Positions 33,272 through 44,183 of a DNA stretch of 64,000 nucleotides are shown here, piece after piece. The stretch spans positions 7,564,001-7,628,000 of the forward strand of contig JBHGNT010000021.1 of the NCBI GenBank assembly GCA_043228905.1, written 5' to 3'. How positions within the stretch are numbered: the first letter of the stretch is position 1; every line of letters starts with the position of its first letter. This stretch comes from Azolla caroliniana. Taxonomy: Eukaryota; Plantae; Polypodiophyta. The position numbers and the translations under genes are program-made. The notes under the pieces were generated by a model. That model saw only the letters and a program-made list of their open reading frames with translations, did not search any database and had not been told where the DNA came from.

Positions 33272-36200
33272 TGTTGGAAGCAATGTCGTCTGTGCGGAAG
33301 ATCAAGAAGCATTCGATTCCTGTTTATTCCCTGCGTATGACAGTTTGTAGGTCGTTGCACAGAGAGAGAGAGAGACACAAAAGACTCTATATTTCATAAA
33401 CAAGAATACAACAACCAACCACACAAAGAGGTTACAAGGTCACTATATATAGTGACCGACTTAGGGCAACTGCCCTTTATGCTAATTACATAAATGGCCA
33501 AAACGGGATGGTGTGAATACGTCCATTATACACAGGTATTCGACACTCCCCCGTAATGGGCGTATACATGGGTTATCTAAGATTACAGGTATAGTCTTAG
33601 GTTCTCGGACATATCAGCTTTGTTCGAGTCGGCAGGGTCCGAAGGCAGAAGACCGAACTGGTCGGGTCGGAACAGTTGAAGCCGATCATTAAGGAACTGA
33701 TGTCGGTTGTCGGGAACCATCCTGCTCTGTGTCCGGCTCTAACCGGACTGGTTTGTCGTTACGCCCATCTGATGCCGAAGAGACCGAAAACGGTCTGCCG
33801 AAAGACACTTGGTCATTCCATCTGCGACATTGTCGGTTGTGGATATTTTCTCTAGACCGATTTTCCCTGAAATGACGCAGTCCCGAACGAAGTGATATCG
33901 AACATCGATATGTTTGGAGGCGTTGTGGTGAACCGGATTTTTCGACAAGGCAACAGCACCTTGACTGTCGCTGTAGACAACTGGAGCCGAGTCATGTTCG
34001 ACTTGTCGAAACGTGTGCGCCAGCCGACCGAGCCACAAAGCTTCTTTTGCTGCGTCGGACGCAGCTACATATTCTGCTTCGGTCGTTGAGGTCGCTGTGC
34101 ACTCCTGAAGTTTCGACTTCCACGAGATTGCTCCATTGCCGAATTTGAAGCAGTATCCGGTTGTTGATTTCCGACTGTCTATACAGCCGGCGAAGTCCGA
34201 GTCGGTGTAACCGACTACGCCTGAGGTTCGGTTCGGACCGAAAAGAATGCCGTGATCTTTTGTGCCAGCCAGATATCTGAACACATGCTTGACTGCGTTC
34301 CAATGCGATCGGCCAGGATTGTGCATAAATCTGCTAACGACTCCTACGGCATGAGAGATGTCAGGCCGTGTCGCGACCATCAGGTACATAAGGGAGCCGA
34401 CTGCCGGTGCATACGGTACTGACTTCATATCTTCCCCCTCCGAACCGGATGTCGGGCAGTCTCGCTGAGAGAGCCGAAGATTCATAGGGAGTGGGGTTGA
34501 AGCAGATTTGGCTGATTGCATGTTGAAGCGTTCCAAGACACGTCCGATATAGTCGGTCTGAGACAAAAAAAGATGTCGTTTATCGCGATGCCGACTAATC
34601 TTCATGCCAAGGATGTGTCGTGCCGGACCGAGGTCCTTCATGGCAAACTTCAACCGCAGTTGCCGAACGAGATCGGCAAGTTCGCCCGCGTGGCGGCCAG
34701 AAATTAGCATGTCGTCCACGTAAATGATGAGGAAGATGGGTGATCCATCTTGAGCTGTATTGGTGAAGAGACAATGGTCCTCATCGCTTTTGGAGAAGCC
34801 GATCGATTGGATGAAGTCGTCGAACTTCTTGTACCATTGTCGCGGTGCCTGTTTGAGGCCGTATAGACTCTTCCTGAGTCGGCAGACTAGATGTTCTTGG
34901 CCAGTTGCCACGAAGCCTTTTGGCTGCTCCATATAAATTTCCTCCTCGAGATCACCATGGAGGAAGGCTGTTTTGACATCTAGCTGAATCAGCTCCAAGT
35001 TGTCGGCTGCCACGACGCCGAGCAGAAAACGAAGGGTTGTCATTTTCACCACTGGTGAAAAAATCTCGTCGAAGTCGACGCCATATTCTTGTCGGAAGCC
35101 CTTCGCAACTAATCTGGCCTTGTACTTTGGGGTGGTCGAATCAGACGTCTCTTTTAGTCGATAAACCCACTTGCAAGGAAGAGCACGTCGGTTCCTAGGT
35201 AATTCGACCAGATCCCAAGTCTTGTTTGCACGGATGGAGTGCATTTCCGACTCCATCGCCAGATGCCAGGTGGCCGAATCGACAGATGTCGATGCTTCTT
35301 CGTAAGACGTCGGTTCGCCGGCGTCGGTGAAGAAAATTCCAGGAGAATACCTCTCCGGAGGTTGCGACAGTCTCTCGGATCGTCGAGGTATGATTGGACT
35401 GGTCGCATCGGGTATCGAGGTCGGATGGTCCGAAACCGAATCATTCGGCTGTGCCGAGTCAGAGTTGTCCGAGTCGGTAGGATAAGGTTCAGCTACCCGT
35501 GAAGCTGACCGTGTGTTAAGAGCGGGGCCTTCTTGAAGGGTCGGCACATCGGAGAATGTTACCCTTCGGACTTCGATCGGTTTTTCGACTGATGGATTCA
35601 TAGCCGACTCGTTGAACACAACGTCCGAACTTCGAACGATTTGTCTGCGTTCGGGGTCCCAGAGTCGGTATCCCATTTCGCCGTCTGATCCATATCCAAG
35701 GAAAATGCATTTCCTGGACCGAGGTGCAAGTTTTCGGCGATCATCTTTCGGAATAAGGGCGTACGCCTCGCATCCGAAGATCCTCAGCTTGTCGTAATTC
35801 GGCTTGCTGCCGATCCATAGTTCCTGAGGAATTTGAAGTCCTAGAGGTCTACTTGGCGACATATTGATTATGTGTACTGCCGTGAGTAGAGCCTCTGCCC
35901 AGAAGCCATCCGACAGTCCGGAGTGTTGGAGCATGGAAACTATCCTTTCTTGGATTGTCCGATTCATTCGTTCTGCAATCCCGTTTTGCTCCGGACTGTG
36001 TGGTGCCGTAAATTCATGTCGGATGCCGCGTTGTCGGCAGAATTTGACGAATTCGTCGGATTTGAACTCTCCCCCATTATCGGTCCGAAGGCATTTCAGC
36101 TTTCGGTCGGTTTGATTTTCTACCATAGCGAGCCAATCGGTGAAGATCGAGAAGACACGATCTTTGGTGCGAATTGGATAAGCCCACACCTTTCGAGTCG

Positions 36201-38598
36201 AGTCGTCAATAAAAGTGACGAAGTAAGAGGCACCGCCTAGAGACTGATGCGGCATTGGGCCACAGACGTCCGAATGGACTAGATCGAGAGGTCTCGTTTC
36301 TCTTGGTGCGGATGTCGGGTGTGATGCGGCTGCTTGTTTGCCATACTGGCAATGCTCGCAGAATTGATGGTCCGAGAAGGAGAGTTTGGGGATGTATCCG
36401 GCTCTGGATAGGTGCGTGATGCCGGCCTTGCTGAGGTGTCCTAATCTTCGGTGCCATAGTGATGACACAGGAATATCCACCAAAAACAGGTTACCCTCTC
36501 TGAGTGTAACATGTAACGGATACAAGGAGTGTATCTTAGGTCCTCTAGCAAGCAGGAGGTTCCCCTTGTGGAGTGTCCACCCTCCCGAAGAAAACCCGGC
36601 ACGAATGCCGTCTTCATCTAGTTGTCCGACTGAGATCAATGGCCTTGAGAGCTCGGGTACATGTCGGACATTGTGGAGTACAAGTGTTGAGCCACCTGCA
36701 AGGTTGAGCTCTACTGTGCCGATTCCGATGATGTCACAGTGTTGCGAGTTACCGACTCGAACTGAGTCGGAGTGACGGATCGTATATTGCCGAAATTGGG
36801 ATCGATGAGGAGTCACGTGAAATGACGCGCCCGAATCTAAGAGCCATGTGCTCGACTCTTCAGTCGTGAGTAGAACTTCTGATCCGACTGGATTTTCGAT
36901 TGATAGTATATTCGGGTCGTCTGGTAGCACATCAGCTGAGAAGCTGACGTAGTTGACCTCCTCATGCCGGCCACTCTTCTTGTTGTTCTTGTTCTTGAGT
37001 GCGCGGCAGTCGGCTTTGATGTGTCCGGGTTTCTTGCAATAGTTGCAGATTCGGTTATCCCGTGACTGGCTCCGTCTTCGCTGATTGTTCGGCGGTCGTG
37101 AGGAATCTCTTCCTCGTATGTTCGATCGGTCTGTCGAACCTTGTACTACGTAAGCGTCGTCTGTTGAGTCTTTGGCAAAAGACTTTCTCCGAGCTGCTTC
37201 GGTCAGAATTGCGCTCGTGACTTCGGAGTATTTGACAGCCGTGGTTGACGCGTTGCACACGGTTGTGACGAAAGTTTCCCATGATGAGGGAAGGCTACTC
37301 ATGAGTATCATTGCTCTGAGTTCATCCTCGATTGCCGTCCCCTGTGACGAGATTTGGGAGCTTATGCTTTCGTACTCATTGAGGTGTGCTTGAACCGAAT
37401 CGGACTCTTTCATCCGCAAGTTGTAGAGGCGCCGGATCAGAAACATCTTTGTTGCGGCGACCTTCTTTTCGTAAGTGTCCGACAGTGTTTTCCACAGTTC
37501 GAATGCTGTCGTACACGATTGCACTGTGAAGTATACTGATTCCGATAGGTGCATCCGAATCGTGGCGCGGACGATTCTGTCCAGCTTTTGCCACTCAATT
37601 GGTTTGTATCCATCTGGAGGTTCTTCATTTTCGATGGGATCGATCTGCCCCTTGACTATGAGATAGTCCTGCATTTGTTCCTTCCAGAAGTTGAAGTTCG
37701 ATCCATCGAACTTTCGTAGACTCATTTCTGACGAGCCGGATGTTGATGCCATCAAATTCGGTTTCAGTTGACGAAGCTCGGTTCGAAGTTGACTACGAAC
37801 CTTGTTGGAGTGCAGCCGGTTGGCTCACCCGATATCGTTCTAGTCAGATTTGAACCCGAGTCGGTTCGGCTTCGGAACTTGCTCGAATTGACTTCGGTAG
37901 CTTGAGGGACAGAACCGACTGGTCTTCCCGAATGTTGCCGAGTCGGAGCCTGGTTCGTTTCGGATATATATGCCGAGTACCGATTATTAAAACCGATTAT
38001 CTGAACCGATTTTGCTTCGGTTGACTGCAGCGACGAGAGAGACGGATCCGACTGATCCTCCCGAATGTCGATCAGCCAGATGAAGCACGAATTTGGGTTG
38101 TTGTCAGAGTTGCACAAGGGGATTTCACCTCAAGCGGTTACGATCACGGGGAGCGGAGTACAACCTGCTGGCTTACTCCAAACAAAGATGATCTAACGCG
38201 ATGAGATGCAAACCTGGTTTTTCTTCTTCTTCTCTCTTCTTTGAATGACGCAGGAAACCGAATGCAGAGACGACGGCCGACAGCGGATTGAGGGACCGAC
38301 TACTGTGCAGGCTCTGATACCAGATGTTGGAAGCAATGTCGTCTGTGCGGAAGATCAAGAAGCATTCGATTCCTGTTTATTCCCTGCGTATGACAGTTTG
38401 TAGGTCGTTGCACAGAGAGAGAGAGAGACACAAAAGACTCTATATTTCATAAACAAGAATACAACAACCAACCACACAAAGAGGTTACAAGGTCACTATA
38501 TATAGTGACCGACTTAGGGCAACTGCCCTTTATGCTAATTACATAAATGGCCAAAACGGGATGGTGTGAATACGTCCATTATACACAGGTATTCGACA
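33272..38598 (-). mobile_element. Intact young Ty1/copia retrotransposon (Tnt1/Tork-like)
   Basis: 274-bp LTRs at 33272-33545 and 38325-38598 look identical. TSD CTCAA. PBS TGGTATCAGAGC (tRNA-iMet) at 38311-38322. PPT at 33546-33552. Confidence 0.97.
33739..37755 (-). CDS. Copia gag-pol polyprotein
   Basis: Uninterrupted 1338 aa: CNYCKKPGHIKADC, WLLDSGAS, integrase HSDVCGP and TDNGGEF, RT YVDD, RNase H TDSDFAG. Confidence 0.97.
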   Translation of the reverse strand: MMASTSGSSEMSLRKFDGSNFNFWKEQMQDYLIVKGQIDPIENEEPPDGYKPIEWQKLDRIVRATIRMHLSESVYFTVQSCTTAFELWKTLSDTYEKKVAATKMFLIRRLYNLRMKESDSVQAHLNEYESISSQISSQGTAIEDELRAMILMSSLPSSWETFVTTVCNASTTAVKYSEVTSAILTEAARRKSFAKDSTDDAYVVQGSTDRSNIRGRDSSRPPNNQRRRSQSRDNRICNYCKKPGHIKADCRALKNKNNKKSGRHEEVNYVSFSADVLPDDPNILSIENPVGSEVLLTTEESSTWLLDSGASFHVTPHRSQFRQYTIRHSDSVRVGNSQHCDIIGIGTVELNLAGGSTLVLHNVRHVPELSRPLISVGQLDEDGIRAGFSSGGWTLHKGNLLLARGPKIHSLYPLHVTLREGNLFLVDIPVSSLWHRRLGHLSKAGITHLSRAGYIPKLSFSDHQFCEHCQYGKQAAASHPTSAPRETRPLDLVHSDVCGPMPHQSLGGASYFVTFIDDSTRKVWAYPIRTKDRVFSIFTDWLAMVENQTDRKLKCLRTDNGGEFKSDEFVKFCRQRGIRHEFTAPHSPEQNGIAERMNRTIQERIVSMLQHSGLSDGFWAEALLTAVHIINMSPSRPLGLQIPQELWIGSKPNYDKLRIFGCEAYALIPKDDRRKLAPRSRKCIFLGYGSDGEMGYRLWDPERRQIVRSSDVVFNESAMNPSVEKPIEVRRVTFSDVPTLQEGPALNTRSASRVAEPYPTDSDNSDSAQPNDSVSDHPTSIPDATSPIIPRRSERLSQPPERYSPGIFFTDAGEPTSYEEASTSVDSATWHLAMESEMHSIRANKTWDLVELPRNRRALPCKWVYRLKETSDSTTPKYKARLVAKGFRQEYGVDFDEIFSPVVKMTTLRFLLGVVAADNLELIQLDVKTAFLHGDLEEEIYMEQPKGFVATGQEHLVCRLRKSLYGLKQAPRQWYKKFDDFIQSIGFSKSDEDHCLFTNTAQDGSPIFLIIYVDDMLISGRHAGELADLVRQLRLKFAMKDLGPARHILGMKISRHRDKRHLFLSQTDYIGRVLERFNMQSAKSASTPLPMNLRLSQRDCPTSGSEGEDMKSVPYAPAVGSLMYLMVATRPDISHAVGVVSRFMHNPGRSHWNAVKHVFRYLAGTKDHGILFGPNRTSGVVGYTDSDFAGCIDSRKSTTGYCFKFGNGAISWKSKLQECTATSTTEAEYVAASDAAKEALWLGRLAHTFRQVEHDSAPVVYSDSQGAVALSKNPVHHNASKHIDVRYHFVRDCVISGKIGLEKISTTDNVADGMTKCLSADRFRSLRHQMGVTTNQSG

Positions 38599-39089
38599 CT
38601 CAACCTCAAGCGTAGTCGGTTATACCGACTCGGACTTCGCCGGCTGCGTGGACAACCGGAAATCAACAACCGGATATTGCTTCAAATTCGGCAATGGAGA
38701 AATCTCGTGGAAGTCGAAACTCCAGGAATGCACAGCCACCTCAACGACCAAAGCAGAATATGTAGCCGCGTCTGACGCGGCAAAAGAAGCCTTGTGGCTC
38801 GGTTGGCTAGCGCACACGTTTCGACAAGTCGACTCCGACTCGGCCCTAGTTGTCTACAGCGATAGTCAGGGTGTTGTTGCTTTGTCAAAGAATCTGGTTC
38901 ACCACAACGCCTCCTAGCATATCGACGTTCGATATCACTTAGTTTGGGACTGCGTCATTTCAGGGAAAATCGGTCTCGAGAAAATATCCACAACCGATAA
39001 TGTCGCAGACGGAATGACCAAGTGTCTTTCGGCGGATCGTTTCCGGTCCCTTCGGCACCAGATGGGCGTAACGAAAAATCGATCTGGTT
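38599..39089 (+). pseudogene. RNase H end of the old copia
   Basis: DSDFAGCVDNRKSTTGYCF...KHIDVRYH-like sequence, continuing from 33271. Confidence 0.9.
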
Positions 39090-39286
39090 AAAGTTGGACA
39101 CATAGCACAAGACGGTTTCGGACAACAGACATTGGTTCTTTGAGGATCGGCTTCAGCTATTCCTACCCGGCCGGTTCAGGCTTCAGTCTTTGGATCCTGC
39201 CGACTTGAACAAAACAGATATGTCCGACAACCTCGTACATACCTATAACTTTAGTATAACCCATGTATACGCCCATTATGGGGGAG

Positions 39287-39479
39287 TGTCGAATACGAGT
39301 GTATAATGACCGTCCGTATTCACACTGTTCTTTTGACATCCCAAGTTTGGGCTATTTCTGTAAATAGCATAAACAGCAGTTGCCCTAAGATAGTCACTAT
39401 ATAAAGTGACTTTGTAACCTTTAGTTAAGGTTGGTTGTTATTTTGTAACTGTTGCTATTGAGAAATATAACGCTTCTTT

Positions 39480-39557
<78 letters not shown>

Positions 39558-39640
39558 TTTATTGCTCATTCGCATACGCAGGTTCTTCACCATCACAAAT
39601 GTTGTTTGCTCTTCCGCACTGATGACCTTGTTCCCCAACA
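39287..39640 (+). repeat. 3' LTR of the old copia, with an expanded (CT)n tract
   Basis: Similar to the young copia LTR. (CT)n at ~39482-39554. Confidence 0.85.
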
Positions 39641-40220
39641 AGGAGGAACTGAGATTGCCATGGCGAGGAAAGCCGAAGGCCGGACGGAAGTTGCACAGAA
39701 GCCGACATCAGAAGCCGGACAATGCCGAAAACAACGCCGGATGTCGAACGCCTCACACTTGAGCTTGAGGGGGCGTGTTAAGAGATCAAGCTCAACCTAG
39801 TTTAGTTTGTTAGTCAACACATGTAACTTAGTAGTTACCTAGATAGAATCTAGTTAGTGTGTTGACCATAAATCCTTAAATAGGATTTTGTACTTGAGTG
39901 GGATACATTGTACATCCACCACTCCATGCTCATTTAATATAGGACTTACACGTTGTACCTATATTCTCCTAGCACATTTGCACCTTTGCACATGAAACCT
40001 ATATATACCTCATTGAAGGTATTTTTGTATTTGATGATAGTTGATGATACTTACCTTTTAATATACTTTATCATCCCCCATCTTGTTTTTGTGTTCATAA
40101 GTGTACTTCTCTGTCTCCTCCTCTCGCGCACACATACACGCACATATCACTTAATCTTCTGCTACGTAATCACATAATTAGGTAATAATTATTCCTTAAC
40201 TAATTACCTAATCCTTAACA
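39641..40220 (+). mobile_element. 3' end of a further (outermost) LTR retrotransposon, probably copia: PPT and LTR 39776-40220
   Basis: AGCTTGAGGGGGCG is followed immediately by TGTTAAG...CTTAACA (7-bp inverted ends). The partner LTR is not in the window. Confidence 0.65.
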
Positions 40221-40839
40221 ATCCTATTATCGGGTCCTTCATAGTCACCTCCACCACATTGTCATTTTCAGAGTTAGTAGAAAAAGAGGCCAGTTGTGAT
40301 AATTTGGTCAAAGAAAGGAAAGAGGAGTCCCAAACCACCTAACCATCCCCTAGCAATAGTATGAGATGGACCCAAACCTCCTCAGTGGCCCATACCATCT
40401 AGGATTGATGTGAGTTGTACCATGGGTTCTACTAGGATCACATATGCTAACACGAGCCATAGCCACACTATTATAGTCTCAACATAAGTCAATCCCCCCT
40501 AATAAGAAGATAGCTAGCCTTCTTATATACACAGAAACCTTAGGCCCTTGTGTGTTCACGCTAGACTACTTATGTAAGTCATAACATACTTAATAGTTAC
40601 CCCACACCATAGAATTGAATATTACAATTCATACCCTCATTAACCCACATTTATTCAGGCTAAGATTAGGGAAAACTACGGGAAAAATATTTCTCATGAT
40701 CAGTTATGATTATGCATGTAACAGTTGTAAAGCTTAATATACGTTAGACTAAAGACAATCGAATACTTGTTGAGACTATGGATGATATTAAATGAAATTA
40801 TACAACTACACGACTTGACTCAAACTATTATGTTGTCTC

Positions 40840-41760
40840 CAGGGGCAAGAAGTCGGCCATCTATGATTGTGGCGGATGTTAGATAATGTAGTGGTTCCAA
40901 TAATGTATTATGTGTGAAGACAAAGTCTCAGTCCACGAAGCAAGAGTTGGCTCCTAACTTTACGAGAGCAAAGGCATAGACACTATGACACCTAAAGGTA
41001 CTAAGTTCAAGTTTTGCCGCAAAAAACCAAACTTAATTCGATGAAATGGAACCATTATTTTAGATTGAGTCTACAAATATTAGGTTATCCAACCTAATGA
41101 CTCCTATTTTGGTTGGATTTACTCATTTAACACCATCTAATTGGTTGAGCACTTCAAACTAATTTGATAGTTTAGGATTACTGAGGTTACTGTATGAGAA
41201 TTAAGATAAGATTTAGAACTAGTCGTTTCTTGTTTAATTTGATGTCTAGGTCCATGGGGAAAATTAATCGCACTACATTTCTGACGTAGATGGCCTGCTC
41301 GATGTCATTGTTTTATAACTTCCATTAAGGGTCCTCAACGACGTGCAATATCAATCTCCATTGGAGTAAGGCCACCTAATTGATTAGGTATAAACTCTTA
41401 CATGTTCTAGATGATGGTTGTAGTACCATTGACACATATGTTTGGTCTGATCTAGGACATGACCATTGTTGACACTTGGAATGTTGCTTGATTACGTGAC
41501 TTTCACATCGTGCAACTTCACTAATCACATCATCTTCATGAAATGTAAGTAGGTCATTCACATCATTATCAAGTCCTCAAATTTGATCCATCAATGGCTC
41601 TTCGTCCCAAAGGAAGTCACAAGCTTCAACTACATAGGCCAAAGTTGGGTGATCTCCTTGTCATAACCTTTGAATCTTATTGATGTCAGTCCTCATACTA
41701 TTCATATCTCCAAAACAAGCTTGAAATTCCTTAATAAACTCATCAAAATGATCTAATAAA
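40840..41760 (-). pseudogene. Decayed Tcn1-like chromovirus gag/protease remnant
   Basis: Reads FDEFIKEFQACFGDMNSMRTDINKIQRL*QGD..., TPMEIDIARR*GPL and IIDGR, matching gag and pol of the 17313-23095 element. Confidence 0.75.
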
Positions 41761-42309
41761 CCAAGTTAGAGTTATACCAGTAAATATGGTTCCAAGGGAT
41801 ATAGGGAGGATGCTACAACGAGGGTTTCCTAATTATTTAAACGGAAGCAATGTGTTGTGTGATTTGCCCATTGCCAACAAATGATGGGAGTTATGAATAA
41901 AGGATCATACCTTTTATTCATGCACAAGCGTAAGCACACCCTTAGCACACTTAAATTTCATACATATTATATCTATCTAAAGAAGCTAAAGTGATACAAA
42001 ACCCTATTTGTTCACAAAAACACAATGCTCTTTTCTTCTTCTATCTCCCACTTTTTACTTCTACAGCTTTTGTTCTTGGCATGCTACTCCATCACTCCTT
42101 TCAAACTCATACTAGAGCATAGAAAACACATAAAACACTCATACATTAAAAATGCCAAATGGCAAAACCCCTTGAAGTGAACTATTCAATTTTAGGCCCC
42201 ACCCCAACTACAAAAAATGTAAATAACCAACCACAATTGGGGAAGAGTCCAAAGGTAGAAATAAAGACCATTGCGTAGAAATAACTCTCTTTACATTAAC
42301 AATCAACAA

Positions 42310-42790
42310 CGATTCGGTTCAGTTCAAGGGTGTTAAAACCTATTTAAAACCTAACTGTTTAAAAAAAAATAACTTGAACCGAGCCACAAAACTATTTAAA
42401 CCAAACCGTTGCAAAAAAAAAAATCAAACCATTAAACCGTTAAAACCACAATTTCATGGTTCAGTTTCAATTTTCAAGTTAGGTCAAATTTTAAATTTTA
42501 AATCAAGACTTTTTCTTTTTTCAAAATTTTAAACATGTTTACTAAAATATGAGAATTAGGCTTAAAAATGAAAAGATTGTTTAAAACAATATTAAAAATA
42601 ATAATATATTGAGAACCCTAAACCATCAAACCGTTTAAATCACCGTTTACAACCGTCTAAACCAAACCAAACCATTCACCCCCCAAACTGAATTGAACCA
42701 TTAAAAATACTTGAACTTAGAACCAAACCAAACAGTTTAAACCGCTGTTAAGCCATGGTTTCACGGTTCAGGTCGGTTGCCAATTGTTAC
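42310..42790. mobile_element. Possible non-autonomous DNA transposon (MITE) remnant
   Basis: AT-rich core with clustered AAACC(G)/CGGTT motifs at both ends. No clear TIR or TSD found. Confidence 0.35.
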
Positions 42791-44183
42791 TTTGAATGTT
42801 ATTTACGCTTGTTTTAACCTAGTTTTAGCACAAAGTTTTACTGTTTATGATATAAACATCCAACGTTTCTAATCATTTTTATTTAAATATGAAATAATTT
42901 AATACAATAATAAAGGCTTTTAAATGTCTCATTTTTTATTTACTAATAAAATAAATACAGGTTTATCAATAAGCTTCAATAATAAAGAGATAATATTTTA
43001 TAAACCTTGCCAACATGTGAGACATTCTTCGTCAAATATACATTCCATACCAATACCCACGGATAATGATAACGGAGTGTAACATCAGCTACAATTTTAG
43101 CAGATCATGCTCACAAGGTTGTGTTAAACCTGTGGCAATATCTTCTTGCGTTGCTGAAAGAATCTCAACCAGAGGGAGAAGATCATATATGTATTGCACG
43201 ATGTACAAGATACATAATCCTGTAACAAGATGTTATAAGACATAGGCAAACCTTGTTACAAGATGTTGGAATAACTCAGCTCCACTTTTTCCATAAACTT
43301 TCATCATATAGCTACAAAAAATCAGCTCTCAACAATCGATAATCACAACCAACATTATCAAAATAATTTCATACCAAAATCATACATCGTTGAGTTTTTT
43401 ACTGTGGAAGAGCTGAAAACATTCACTCAGCAAACAAAGAAAAATGAAACTTGCACATACCACAACCAATAGGTATTGAAACTTATTCTTATTCTTACAT
43501 GTCAAGAAGCCCCAAATATCCACTGGTGAAGTAATGGTGCAGAAACCGAAGGCTTGCATTGCAAAATCCTCAGGACAATATAAACATCAACCATTCCATG
43601 AGGGCTTGTTATGAGGACAATGGATTCCAGATCAATTTTCTAGATTCAAATGTAATTGAATACAAAAGATAAACTAATATCATTAGTAAAGGAAAGGGCA
43701 GAAAAACTGGCATCGTTACAATACCATCTCGGCTTAATCCTTACAAACTTTCCTGTCCTTGATTCACATATTGCCAAAACTTTATATGGCATTATATGTT
43801 AACTATTAGCCTCCTTACCTTTACTCCCAATTTTTTTTATCAGCAAGGAAGGTGAGAATACTTTCAGCAAGTTGCCGGACCAACAATATACAGCTTTTCC
43901 CAACAAGAGCAATTATTATATATATATAAAGGCTGTTGGAAAAGGCCTCATTGAAAATATTAATATATATAGATAGATAGATAGATATAGATATAGATCT
44001 TGTAGGATAAGCAAGGATAATCTAAACAGCTTTCCACTACCCCCTTCTACCCATCAAGCTGCACTTGGTTGCAGTGTAAAAAAGAAAAATGATTACAAAA
44101 GGCCCTCTTTCCTTCGCAAAAAAGACCCACAATTGCACTTGAACAGAAAAAGGCTGAGCATTTTTGGCTTTCATTAAGCAACT

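Larger units (their letters stand above)
1..39640 (+). mobile_element. Old, interrupted Ty1/copia LTR retrotransposon (Tnt1/Tork-like); 5' part lies outside the window
   Basis: RT pieces at 1-393, ~32872-33271 and 38599-39089 are colinear with, and closely similar to, the intact copia at 33739-37755. A PPT (GGGGGAG) precedes a 3' LTR TGTCGAATAC...CCAACA at 39287-39640. Confidence 0.85.

Noticed and set aside
39438-39641. ORF with an ER dipeptide run
   Set aside because: Translation of the (CT)n microsatellite in an LTR.
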